From: Acidobacteriota bacterium
GTDB taxonomy: Bacteria > Acidobacteriota > CAIWXX01
Length of the DNA stretch: 64,000 nt
NCBI GenBank assembly: GCA_040755995.1
Contig: JBFMAF010000031.1
Span: 1 to 64,000, forward strand
Direction of reading: 5' to 3'
Made by a program: the position numbers and the translations under genes. The notes beneath the pieces are model-generated. The model saw nothing but the letters and a program-made list of their open reading frames with translations, had not been told where the DNA came from and searched no databases. Shown piece by piece: positions 39,263 to 48,969 of this stretch. Position 1 is the first letter of the stretch, and each line of letters begins with the position of its first letter.

Positions 39263-39357
39263 GCTTCCGGCCGATCTCCCTTCTTCCAGCTCACCGTGTC
39301 TCCGCGTCCCCGCGTCTTCTTGACTGCCTCGCCCCATCGTTGTAGTCTGCGCCGAAG

Positions 39358-41004
39358 ATGCAACGAAGACTGCATCGGTGGTTCTACGCCTTGTCGGTTG
39401 GCCTGGCATGCCTGACGGCGGCGGCCACCGCGGCGCAGGAGCGGCTGTCGTTCGTCTGCGTCGCGTTGGATGTGGAGACGCGACAGGCGGACAAGAAGCT
39501 CCAGGAGTATCTCTACCAGAAGGCAGGCGTGAGCTTCGCGCCGGAGGAGCTCGAGTACGAGCGTGTAGTCGATCGCCTCACGCACTGGCGCGACGAGGAC
39601 GGAGCCTATGTGGCGCGGGTGACGCCGTATGTCTATGTGCTGGCGGAGATGCTGGGCGCCGAGTTCGAGCCTCTGGCGACATACCTCAGCCCCACTACGC
39701 ACGCTAGGACCTATCACGCCTATTTCGTGGTCAATCGCAAGGACTTCGCGGCTCAGCCCTCGCTCGCAGACGTCGTGCGTCTCCTGGGCGAGCGGAAGGA
39801 CCGCGCGAAGTTCATCTACCACAGCCAGTTCAGCACATCGAGCTTCTTCCTGCCGTCGCTATACTTCCGCAGGAACAGGATCTACGAGATGCCTGAGAGT
39901 ACAGAATCGCTCATAGCGATCGCGACTGAGCGGATTCCGGAGAACAGCAGCTCGAAGCTTGTTGAACACGTGGCGCGCGGCGAGGCCGATCTGGCGGCGG
40001 TATGGGACGGATCGAAGACCAAGTTCGATTCGGAGCACGGCGGCGCCTTGTACGAGGAGTTCGGAAAGAAAGTCTACTTCGTACAGCTCCCTACAACTCT
40101 CCCGAACGACCTGCTCCTGTGCTCCTCCTCGCTCGATCAGGCCGCAAAAGCGCGCCTCCGCGAAGCCATCCGGAAGATGAAGCAGGACGAGATCGATATC
40201 GGCGACTTCCTCTGCTGGCAGGTCATCACCGAGGCTACCGATGCCCGCCAGGCCCTGGCGGACCTTCGCTGGCTTGCGCGCGAGCGCATCCCGCCGGTCA
40301 CCGTCGAAATTCGACTGCGTACTTCGAATCCGGATGCCTCGTCCCCATCCCAGCTCACGGATGCCGCGCGGCAGGCCGTGAGGCTCGCGGGCACCGAGTT
40401 CGTCCTCTTCGATCAAGACTTCCACGAGCATATCGACTTCACCTGGACCATCGAGCCAATCCATGATGGGGCCGTCGTACTACACAGCAGCATACCCGGC
40501 TCGGACATCGAGGACCAGGTCTTCCGCATCAGCTTCAGGGACGCAGAGGACCTGACCAGGCGCCTCGTGTCGATCGTGCAATCCAGGCTCCATAGAATCA
40601 GATACGTCTGGTCCCTGAGCACTGGCGCGCCGATCGTAATTCGAGACATGGCGTTCTCGCTTCCGCCCGGCTCCCACGTCAAGGTCCAGAAGATAGCCTG
40701 GCTGGACCCCGAAAAGAACAAGTTCCGCGCCGGGCCCGTGTTCAACGCCAGCATACGCAGCACCGGATACTACAAGTACGAGCTCGACCCCGAGGACTTC
40801 GTTCAACACGGCGAGTCCCTAGTCGGGCTCGATTCCATGAGCAACACGGCATATCGCGTGATCCTGCTCCGGTCGGCGCGGGAGCGACTCGTGTTCCGCG
40901 TGCTGACGGGTGTCTTCTTGGGACTACTTGTTCTCGCGGCTATCGGTCTCGTCTGGGACCTCGCGCGCACACCTAACGGGGGAGAGGTCGAGGAACAGCT
41001 CTAG
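39358..41004 (+). CDS. exported PhnD-like (phosphate/phosphonate-binding fold) protein with extra domain and C-terminal TM anchor
   Basis: Signal peptide; TPYVYV, TYHAYFVV, STSSFFLP, V.RGEADLAAVW, LPND; C-terminal hydrophobic helix. Confidence 0.7.
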   Translation: MQRRLHRWFYALSVGLACLTAAATAAQERLSFVCVALDVETRQADKKLQEYLYQKAGVSFAPEELEYERVVDRLTHWRDEDGAYVARVTPYVYVLAEMLGAEFEPLATYLSPTTHARTYHAYFVVNRKDFAAQPSLADVVRLLGERKDRAKFIYHSQFSTSSFFLPSLYFRRNRIYEMPESTESLIAIATERIPENSSSKLVEHVARGEADLAAVWDGSKTKFDSEHGGALYEEFGKKVYFVQLPTTLPNDLLLCSSSLDQAAKARLREAIRKMKQDEIDIGDFLCWQVITEATDARQALADLRWLARERIPPVTVEIRLRTSNPDASSPSQLTDAARQAVRLAGTEFVLFDQDFHEHIDFTWTIEPIHDGAVVLHSSIPGSDIEDQVFRISFRDAEDLTRRLVSIVQSRLHRIRYVWSLSTGAPIVIRDMAFSLPPGSHVKVQKIAWLDPEKNKFRAGPVFNASIRSTGYYKYELDPEDFVQHGESLVGLDSMSNTAYRVILLRSARERLVFRVLTGVFLGLLVLAAIGLVWDLARTPNGGEVEEQL

Positions 41005-41043
41005 ATAGCTCTCGTGACAACAGGCAGCGTGGGGCGTTGGATG

Positions 41044-41141
41044 AGGAGAAACGGAGAAACGGCGAAACGGGGAAACGGAGAGTGGCGACTGCGGGCGCCG
41101 CTCGGATCGCCGCTTCTCCGATTCCCCCCTTCTCCGTTTCG
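41044..41141. repeat. octamer tandem repeat (GGAGAAAC)n with a downstream inverted copy
   Basis: GGAGAAAC GGAGAAAC GGCGAAAC GGGGAAAC ... TTCTCCGATTCCCCCTTCTCCGTTTC. Confidence 0.65.
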
Positions 41142-41178
41142 GCTGCCAGACACGACAGCCAGCCGGACGTGAGATCCG

Positions 41179-42885
41179 ATGAACGAGCAAGAGCAACTCA
41201 CTCGCAAGCTCGCGCCCAGCAAGATGATCGGCCACTATGCCGTCATCGACCAGCTCGGTCGCGGCGGAATGGGCGAGGTCTTCGTCGCAAGAGACACCAA
41301 GCTCGACCGCAAGGTCGCTCTGAAGGTGCTTGCGCACGAGGTGACGGCGGATGCCGAACGGCTGCAGCGGTTCCAGCGCGAGGCCAAGATGCTTGCGGCG
41401 CTCAACCACCCGAACATCGTCACGATCTTCTCGGTGGAGGAGGCCGAGGAGCTTCATCTGCTGGTGATGGAGCTGGTCGAGGGCAAGACACTACGGCAGG
41501 TTATCCCGAGAGGCGGGTTGCCGCTGGCCAAGTTCTTCGACATCGCCTTGCCGCTCGCCGAGGCCCTCAGCGCCGCGCACGAGCGCGGCATCACGCACAG
41601 GGACCTCAAGCCGGAAAACGTAATGGTCACGGACTCCGGCCGCGTGAAGGTGCTCGACTTCGGCCTGGCCAAGGTCTCCCACGGCCACGCCTATTCGGAA
41701 TCCACTCACGAGAGCTCCACCAAGGCAGTCACACAGCTGGGGGTGATCCTGGGCACAGTGCCCTATATGTCGCCCGAACAGGCGCAGGGCAAGCCGGTCG
41801 ATCACCGGTCCGACATCTTCTCGCTCGGCATCGTGCTATACGAGATGCTCGCAGGCGAGAGGCCGTTCAAGGGCGAGACCGTCTCCGACCTGATCGCCTC
41901 GATCCTGCGCGATACGCCCGGATCGGTCAGCAGCCTCCGCACCGGCGTGCCGCGGGAACTGGGAAGGATCGTCCGCCACTGCCTGGAGAAGAATCCGCAA
42001 GACCGCATTCAGTCCGCGCTCGACCTGCACATCCAGCTGAAGGGCCTCTGGAAGGATCTCGAGCTGGAGCGCGCGATCACAAGCGGCAAGCGCCGCTACT
42101 CGACCACCCGGCGAAGGCCTCTTATCCCGGTCAACCTCTTCGGCTGGCTCGTCAATACACGATGGGGCCTGACTGCGCTCCTCGCCGGCGTCCTGGCGTT
42201 CAATTACCTGGAGACCTCGACCGAGACGGCGCTCAAGGCAAGCTACGGCTGGGGAATGGACCTCGGTTATCACCTCGCGCGAAGCGCCCACTGGTTCGAA
42301 TGGATGTTCAGCTTCGATCGGCACGACGTGACCAACACACTGGCCGTCTATGGCTACTCGATCTCGTACTTCATGCTCTTTCCGGTTCTCGTGATCCTCG
42401 TCGGTCTCGCGCTTGCGCGCCGCGAGGACCTGGCGCCGTATCGCGTTTTCGCGATCGCAATCAGCCTAACGTACGCTGTCAGCCTGCCGTTCTTTCTCCT
42501 GTTCCCGGTGCCCGAACGATGGTCATTCCCCGACGCCGAAGCAGTGCTGCTCTCGGATCTGTGGACATCCAAGCTGATCGAGATGTTTCGGCCGATCAGC
42601 GGACTGGACAACTGCTTCCCGAGCTTCCACGTCGCGACAACCGTTGACATGGTCCTCGCCTCATACCTCTTCCGGCTCCGCACCCGCTCGACCGTCCTGA
42701 TCCTCGGCCTGACCATCATCCTCTCGACCTTTGTCCTCGGCATCCACTGGCTGGTGGACATCGTTGCCGGCGTAGCGACGGGCGTTATCAGCATTGCCAT
42801 CGCGATGCGCGCCGACCGGTCGCTCGAACGGCCGATCGGCAGTGCCGGCAGCGGTGCACTCGCAGAATCACAGCAGTCCGCGTAG
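41179..42885 (+). CDS. Hanks-type Ser/Thr kinase fused to a membrane PAP2-family (Aur1/IPC-synthase-like) domain
   Basis: GRGGMGEV, VALK, HRDLKPEN, DFG, YMSPEQ; C-terminal about six TM helices with FPSFH and HWLVDIVAG. Confidence 0.88.
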   Translation: MNEQEQLTRKLAPSKMIGHYAVIDQLGRGGMGEVFVARDTKLDRKVALKVLAHEVTADAERLQRFQREAKMLAALNHPNIVTIFSVEEAEELHLLVMELVEGKTLRQVIPRGGLPLAKFFDIALPLAEALSAAHERGITHRDLKPENVMVTDSGRVKVLDFGLAKVSHGHAYSESTHESSTKAVTQLGVILGTVPYMSPEQAQGKPVDHRSDIFSLGIVLYEMLAGERPFKGETVSDLIASILRDTPGSVSSLRTGVPRELGRIVRHCLEKNPQDRIQSALDLHIQLKGLWKDLELERAITSGKRRYSTTRRRPLIPVNLFGWLVNTRWGLTALLAGVLAFNYLETSTETALKASYGWGMDLGYHLARSAHWFEWMFSFDRHDVTNTLAVYGYSISYFMLFPVLVILVGLALARREDLAPYRVFAIAISLTYAVSLPFFLLFPVPERWSFPDAEAVLLSDLWTSKLIEMFRPISGLDNCFPSFHVATTVDMVLASYLFRLRTRSTVLILGLTIILSTFVLGIHWLVDIVAGVATGVISIAIAMRADRSLERPIGSAGSGALAESQQSA

Positions 42886-42980
42886 AAAGCGCGGCCCACC
42901 ATAGGGCGCGCCGGATGCCCAACTGGGCGAATGGCGCTGTGATATACTACGCCTTCACTCTGGACTGGGAGAGAAAGACG

Positions 42981-44105
42981 ATGCGATCGATACCACTGTT
43001 GGACCTGCGCGCACAGTACGAGACGATCAAGGCTGATGTCGACATAGCGATTCAGCGATCAATTGACAAGACGGCGTTCATCGGCGGAGAAGAACACGAG
43101 GGTTTCGAGAAGGAGTTTGCCGGGTACCTCGGGTGCCGAGCCTGCGCGGGCGTGGCCAACGGGACGGATGCGCTGGTATTGGCGCTGCGCGCGCTGGGGG
43201 TCGGGCCCGGCGACATTGTCCTCACCACCCCTTTCACGTTCATCGCGACGGTCGAGGCAATCACGCTGAATGGCGCCGTGCCGGTCTTCGCCGATATCGA
43301 TATCGGCAGCTTCAACGTCTCGCCCGAGTGCGTCCGGCTGGCGATCGAATCGATGCGACCGGAGGACAGGAAGAGGCTCAAGGTCATCCTGCCGGTACAC
43401 CTGTACGGCCTGCCGGGGGCGGTCCACGAGCTGTGTGCGATCGCAGAAGAATTCGGGGCGAAGGTGCTCGAGGACTGCGCGCAGGCGCACGGGGCGGCGG
43501 TGGCCGGAAAGCGCGTTGGCAACTTCGGCATCGCGGGCACGTTTTCGTTCTATCCCGCGAAGAACCTGGGCGCGTACGGCGACGCGGGCGCCATCGTTTC
43601 GAACGACCATCCGTTCATTGATCACGTGAAGTCGCTGCGGAATCACGGGCGGACCGACAGGTACGCACACGCAATCGAAGGCGTGAACAGCCGGCTTGAC
43701 GGCATACAGGCCGCGGTGCTCCGCGTGAAGCTCCGCAGGCTCGATTCATGGAATGCGGCGCGGCGCCGGTTTGCCGCGCTCTACAACGAGCTGCTGGCGC
43801 CATGCGCGCGTATCGCAGTGCCTCAGGTTTCAGAGGGGGCCGTGGTACATCTCTACACGATCCGGCACCCGGAGCGCGATCGGCTCCGCGAGCACCTCGG
43901 CAAGCAAGGCATCGCCGCGGCCGTGCACTACCCGGCCCCGTTGCATCTGCAGCCGGCCTACGCCCGGCTTGGGCTTGGTGAGGGAACGTATCCTGAATCC
44001 GAACGCGCCTCACGCGAGGTCCTTTCGCTGCCGATCTACCCGGAGATGGGTGAGGAGGCCGTGCGGCACGTGGCCTCGAAGATACTCGAATTCGAACGCG
44101 TGTAG
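42981..44105 (+). CDS. DegT/DnrJ/EryC1/StrS sugar aminotransferase
   Basis: NGTDAL, PVHLYG, EDCAQAHG, SFYPAKNLG, NSRLD. Confidence 0.95.
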   Translation: MRSIPLLDLRAQYETIKADVDIAIQRSIDKTAFIGGEEHEGFEKEFAGYLGCRACAGVANGTDALVLALRALGVGPGDIVLTTPFTFIATVEAITLNGAVPVFADIDIGSFNVSPECVRLAIESMRPEDRKRLKVILPVHLYGLPGAVHELCAIAEEFGAKVLEDCAQAHGAAVAGKRVGNFGIAGTFSFYPAKNLGAYGDAGAIVSNDHPFIDHVKSLRNHGRTDRYAHAIEGVNSRLDGIQAAVLRVKLRRLDSWNAARRRFAALYNELLAPCARIAVPQVSEGAVVHLYTIRHPERDRLREHLGKQGIAAAVHYPAPLHLQPAYARLGLGEGTYPESERASREVLSLPIYPEMGEEAVRHVASKILEFERV

Positions 44106-44110
44106 ACTGG

Positions 44111-44812
44111 CTACATGGCCGGCGTGTGCGGGCTGTCCTGTGGCGACCCGGCACCTGGAGGCTCATGGGTAGCCATCGAGCCCAGAGCCCATCCGAGCAG
44201 GCCGACAAGCGCGAGGTAGACGGCGGCGAGCACGGTGTATGACCACGCGCGACCGGGCAGGCCGGGCTTGCCTGATGCCACTTGCACGGCGAGATTGCGC
44301 AGGCCGGCCGCGACACCCAGGCCGGCTGACTTCGGCGGCACGAAGCCGCGGTAGTGCGGTATGAAGGCGAGCTCGGTGCCGTCGTGCGTAGTGCCCACGG
44401 CCAGAACAGGTGCACCTGCTGCTTCAGGGGCGTCGAGATAGAACCGGATCGGCGATCCCGGCAGGTTCTTCTTGGGCTTGAAAGCGCACGGGTAGTAGCC
44501 TGGCAGCCGGATGGCGCCCGCGTCGATCGTCAGCCTGTCGCGGTCAGCTGAAGCCGAGGGCGATTCGCGGTAGTGAAAGACGATGAGATTCTTGCTGGGA
44601 GGCTGGACGGGCGTCAGGTATAGATCGATGCGAAAGAGGCCGGTGCGCTCTGGAGTGAAGGTGCAATCGACGGTGGAGGGCCCGACGACTCTCGTGACCC
44701 TGCGATCCGGTGTCGGCACCGGCTGGACCTGGCGCGAAGCGAGGAGAATAGCTGCGGCGACGATTGAGAGGAGGAGTGTCGCACAGAGACCGCGGAACCG
44801 GACGCGTTTCAT
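44111..44812 (-). CDS. hypothetical membrane protein (two TM helices flanking a beta-rich domain)
   Basis: Hydrophobic N- and C-termini; starts 3 nt after the upstream gene's stop. Confidence 0.65.
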   Translation of the reverse strand: MKRVRFRGLCATLLLSIVAAAILLASRQVQPVPTPDRRVTRVVGPSTVDCTFTPERTGLFRIDLYLTPVQPPSKNLIVFHYRESPSASADRDRLTIDAGAIRLPGYYPCAFKPKKNLPGSPIRFYLDAPEAAGAPVLAVGTTHDGTELAFIPHYRGFVPPKSAGLGVAAGLRNLAVQVASGKPGLPGRAWSYTVLAAVYLALVGLLGWALGSMATHEPPGAGSPQDSPHTPAM

Positions 44813-44815
44813 TGC

Positions 44816-46192
44816 TTAGTTGAAAGGCGTCAAGTAGAAGAAGGGAATCGCCGTGTTGAAGAGGCTGAAGGCGTCGAGTGCGACGAGCCCCGCTGTGAAG
44901 AACAGCAGCGCCGCGCGTTCGAATCGCTGAGGGAAGAGCGTGAGCCAACCGCCTGCGGCGACGATCGCCAGAGCTGAGATCGCGACGAAGAGAAACCGGC
45001 CCTGGCGCAGCACGTTGCCAGTGGTGGAGGAGACAAACAGGCCAAGGAGGAACAGGATGGGCAACGCGGCGGTCAGGCTCACGATCCTGGCCGTGGCCCT
45101 GTCGGCGGCTGCGGTGTTTCGAACACACACAAACCAGCCGGCGATCAGGAGCAGCGTGAGGACGAAGAGGATCAAGTAGAGCGCGCTGGGCAGTGTGAGC
45201 GACAGCCAGCTGAAGTACATCCAGAAGCTCATGAACAGCGTCTTGCACGCCACGGAGAACCCCGCGAGGGCCTTCTCCAGGCGCTCGCCCGAAATGACCA
45301 GCATCACGCGTTGCCTCCATTCCTGGTTGAACAGAGTCACGGCCCATCCCTTGAGATAGGCGAGGAGCTGCTGAGACAAGAGCACAGTCAACAGCACACC
45401 CAGGGCGCAGATCGACACGCCAAGGGCCAGCCGCCAAGGCCGTACGCGCCGGTCCAGGATCTTCTTGCGGAGCGCTCCGGCGAGAACGATGAGCGGGACG
45501 GGGAGTACCGCGAAGGCGGTTGCCTTCGTGATGCACGCTGCGCCGCAGCACAGGAGCAGCAGCGTGACGCGCCAGGCCGTGAAGCCTTGTCGCATGCCCT
45601 TGAGGGTGAGGTAGAGGGCCGAGGTCGTGAGTAGCTCGGCCAGGTTACCGTCGTAGAGCGAGGCAGTGGTCACTCCGCGCTGAGGCAGGAAGAGCACAAA
45701 CAGAGCAGCGCCCCAGGCAACGAGCGGTCGCGCTGGGAACGCCTGCCTGGCGATTGCGAACGTGAGGAGCACCACCGCCATCCCGATCACAACCGAGATC
45801 GCGCGCATGGCGTAGAGTTGGATGACGATGGGCTTGTCGATCCAGGGAGCCACTGCGACGGCGTACAGTACATAGGCGAGCGAGAATCGACCGGTGGTGC
45901 GTCCTACACCGAATTGCGGCAGATTCTCGAAGCGCCCGGGAAGCGGTGCCGGGGGCTGGCGATAGAGGAAGCTCCACGTGCGGTAGGTGAACAGCGAGTG
46001 GATGAGCTCGCGATCGAGGAGAGGTGAACTGTCGGCGAGGCTCGTCGGGCGCCGGTACTCCGCCAGTAGTCGTTGCGCCTCGAAATGCGCTGGTTCGTCA
46101 GGACCCTGCCAGGGCGGGATGATCGCCAGGTACAGGGCGCCGCGCACCAGGGCCAGGGCGGCCAGCAGCCAAAGGACCGGCGCTGCCCGCAC
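44816..46192 (-). CDS. GT-C/DUF2142-like membrane glycosyltransferase
   Basis: PPWQGPDEPAH after TM1, multiple TM helices, QGRFLF. Confidence 0.75.
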   Translation of the reverse strand: MRAAPVLWLLAALALVRGALYLAIIPPWQGPDEPAHFEAQRLLAEYRRPTSLADSSPLLDRELIHSLFTYRTWSFLYRQPPAPLPGRFENLPQFGVGRTTGRFSLAYVLYAVAVAPWIDKPIVIQLYAMRAISVVIGMAVVLLTFAIARQAFPARPLVAWGAALFVLFLPQRGVTTASLYDGNLAELLTTSALYLTLKGMRQGFTAWRVTLLLLCCGAACITKATAFAVLPVPLIVLAGALRKKILDRRVRPWRLALGVSICALGVLLTVLLSQQLLAYLKGWAVTLFNQEWRQRVMLVISGERLEKALAGFSVACKTLFMSFWMYFSWLSLTLPSALYLILFVLTLLLIAGWFVCVRNTAAADRATARIVSLTAALPILFLLGLFVSSTTGNVLRQGRFLFVAISALAIVAAGGWLTLFPQRFERAALLFFTAGLVALDAFSLFNTAIPFFYLTPFN

Positions 46193-46315
46193 CGAGGTGG
46201 AGCTGGAGGTGCTCGGTTCAGTGCTTCCGGCCGGCGACTTTCACGTCCTTCCTACGAGGACACAACAGTGTTGGCGCGAAAGCCCCGAAGGCCGAGGAGG
46301 GTCTGACCCAGCCTG

Positions 46316-48850
46316 CTACTCCCCCCAACCGCCCCCGCCGGCGCTGGGTTTCTTCTTCGAGAGGCTCTTCTTCGCGGTGATCGTTTGTGAGTTGCCCTCG
46401 CCACCCGCCGCATCCACGAGATAGACTGTCATCTCGAACGACTTGTACCGAGTGCTGTACTTCTTGAAGCGATTCTCCCATTCGATCGTTCCGGTGGTCG
46501 TGCCGGTAATGGACTTCACCTTGGCGGGTATCGCGACCGACTGCCGGTATGTTCTTCCGTTGGACTTGTACTTGTAGGAAACCCTTATGCGACCTCCAGA
46601 CAGGTCGCCGTTGGCATCGGAGTAGTCCAGAGAGAACGTGGCACGGCTCGACTTGATCGAGGACTTCTGCGCGAGATTCGAAATGGCCGGGGCATCATCG
46701 GCGGCCCCTTCCTTGAAGACCGCCGTCACCGACTTGTTCGCATCCATCGTGACGTTGATCGGATTGGTCGATCCCGTCACACTCCCCGTCCAGTAGTCGA
46801 ACGAATAGCCGTCGGCGGAGGTGGCCCGCACGCTCACAACGCTGCCCGCCGCGTAAACACCGTAGTTGGGTGTCACGGTGCCGGTACCCGCCGGCGAGAT
46901 GTTGGTGCTGAGCGTGTATGTGGTGCCGCCACCGCCGTACGTGAAGTCGGCGTAGATGACCTTGTTCGAGTCGATCGTGATGTTGATCGGATTCGCGTTG
47001 CCTGCGCTCGTACCGTTGACGTTCCACGCGGTGAACGAGTAGTTGGCAGCCGGTGTTGCTGTGAACGCGATGACACTTCCAGCAGCGTACCAGAGCGCGC
47101 CGGTCGGAGCCACTGTACCGCCGTTCGTCGGATTCGCGGAGGTGGCGACCGAGTACGCCAGGTCAAAGGCGGCTGTGAGCGTGACGCTCCCGGCAGGCAT
47201 TGAATAGGTATACGCCCGATTCGTGCTCAACACTTGACCACCCGCGTCCCTCCAGCTGTTGAAGATGTAGCCGGTGTTGGCGGTGGCGACCAGTGCGAGC
47301 TGCGAACCTGGAGCAGCCTGCGTGGAGGTAGCCGACTTGCCGTTGATCGTGGTGGACCCGCCGCCTGCTGGGGCCAAGGTGATGGTCAGCGTAGGCCAAG
47401 AGGTGTTGTAGAAATTGGCCACGACGTTCTTCGCGCGGTCCATCGTGATTGTCTTCGGGTTCTCGGTGCCGGACGCGTCACCGCTCCAGCCTGTGAACTG
47501 CCAGTCGGTGCTCGCCGGTGTTGCGGTGATCTGCACGTTCTCGCCCATGTCATACACAGACTTGTCCGGGTTCTTCGTCACGACACCGCCTTCGGTCGGG
47601 GAGGCCGATGCGATCAGCGTATTGGAGTTCGTCGCAGTGGCGCCCCATACATCTTCGTAGCTTAGGCGCCACTGGATGAAGTAGTTGTCCGCGCCGCGCG
47701 CGGCCACGTGCACCTGGTCGCCTCCGATCGACTGTACGATGACGGACGTCCCGTCAAGCACACCGGTGCTGCTGCAGGTGGCGGCCTTCAGGTTCCACTG
47801 GCCGCCGGCCGGGGCTTCGTACCAGCCCAGGACATAGCGCCCCCCGTCCCACCAGAGGTCGCCGGAGTGGACGTCGAAGGCCGATGCCAGAACCTTGCGG
47901 TCGATGAGGCCCGAGGGTCCCAGTCTGGCGAAGTACAACTTACCCGATGACACGAGATCCGACCACTGCCAAGCGGCGCCGAATTCGTTGTTCGTGGAAT
48001 TGAAGTTGATGTGAGGGATGAGGTTGAGGGTGGACTCGCTCACCTGCACGGGACCTGTCTGGATGGTCAGGTCCGACTTCTTGATATAGACATAGTGGAT
48101 ATAGCGGTTGCTGCTGTATGTGTAGGCGATCCCGTACCCATTGGCGTCGGCCGCGATAGTAGGGCCGCTTGCATTGGGGCCCCCGAACTGTGGGAGCTGC
48201 CAGAGCGCTGCCTCCCATTCCGGCATCGTCTGGATTGGTGCGGCCATCCAACCGAGGACGTTGCCGGCGTTGTCCATCGTGAGGAGGCGCAGGTCCCAGT
48301 TGGCCACGCCGGGCTGATAGTACCCGAACACCACTGCGTAGCGGTCGTATGCGCTGTCCCAGACGATATCGGGTCCGTCCGGCCGATAGGGGAAGGAGTT
48401 GGAGATGACGACGGGACTCGATTTCTCTCCGGTCTTCTTGACCCATGCGAACTCCAAAACGCTCGTCGTCCCGGTCGCATCGTACCTGACCCAGACCACG
48501 CCGAACTTGCCGCGATTCGCGTCGAATGCGACGCGCGGGTTCCCCTGGATGCCGCCGGCGTCGTTGCTGACCTGGTAGATTCCGATGGGCGCCCCGGGGT
48601 TGTTCGCATCCACGAACACAACCTTGATCCGGCTAGGGCCCGAATCCGTGTCGATTATCGTGATCGCGTAGACGCCGTCGGCGTAGATCATCGAATGTGA
48701 ATGTAGGCCGTGTGATGAGCCCAATGCCTTGTCGACGACCTTGTATGGCGTTCCCACGGTGAGGGCTTGCAGGGGCGCCGGCGTCAACGATGCCACCGCA
48801 AGGATCAACCCGAACGTCACAAGTGACAAGAACACCGCCTGCTGCTTCAT
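46316..48850 (-). CDS. secreted surface protein: beta-propeller-like N-terminus plus about four InlB-B/bacterial beta-sandwich repeats and a basic C-terminal domain
   Basis: Signal peptide; repeats 'GG.V....Y..G..V...ATP...Y.F..W.G......NP..I.MD..K.V.A.F'. Confidence 0.8.
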   Translation of the reverse strand: MKQQAVFLSLVTFGLILAVASLTPAPLQALTVGTPYKVVDKALGSSHGLHSHSMIYADGVYAITIIDTDSGPSRIKVVFVDANNPGAPIGIYQVSNDAGGIQGNPRVAFDANRGKFGVVWVRYDATGTTSVLEFAWVKKTGEKSSPVVISNSFPYRPDGPDIVWDSAYDRYAVVFGYYQPGVANWDLRLLTMDNAGNVLGWMAAPIQTMPEWEAALWQLPQFGGPNASGPTIAADANGYGIAYTYSSNRYIHYVYIKKSDLTIQTGPVQVSESTLNLIPHINFNSTNNEFGAAWQWSDLVSSGKLYFARLGPSGLIDRKVLASAFDVHSGDLWWDGGRYVLGWYEAPAGGQWNLKAATCSSTGVLDGTSVIVQSIGGDQVHVAARGADNYFIQWRLSYEDVWGATATNSNTLIASASPTEGGVVTKNPDKSVYDMGENVQITATPASTDWQFTGWSGDASGTENPKTITMDRAKNVVANFYNTSWPTLTITLAPAGGGSTTINGKSATSTQAAPGSQLALVATANTGYIFNSWRDAGGQVLSTNRAYTYSMPAGSVTLTAAFDLAYSVATSANPTNGGTVAPTGALWYAAGSVIAFTATPAANYSFTAWNVNGTSAGNANPINITIDSNKVIYADFTYGGGGTTYTLSTNISPAGTGTVTPNYGVYAAGSVVSVRATSADGYSFDYWTGSVTGSTNPINVTMDANKSVTAVFKEGAADDAPAISNLAQKSSIKSSRATFSLDYSDANGDLSGGRIRVSYKYKSNGRTYRQSVAIPAKVKSITGTTTGTIEWENRFKKYSTRYKSFEMTVYLVDAAGGEGNSQTITAKKSLSKKKPSAGGGGWGE

Positions 48851-48969
48851 CTCACCGTACCTCCTCGAAGAGATCCGGCGCGAAAAATACCACAAACGTC
48901 GACAAAAGTCAAAAGAATCGCGGCCGATGTCGAGGCCTGCTGCGAACACAGCGCCGCTGGGGGGCGGCA

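Noticed and set aside
41037..42647. 536-aa Arg-rich ORF and many similar overlapping ORFs across the window
   Set aside because: Alternate-frame artefacts of high GC content overlapping well-supported genes
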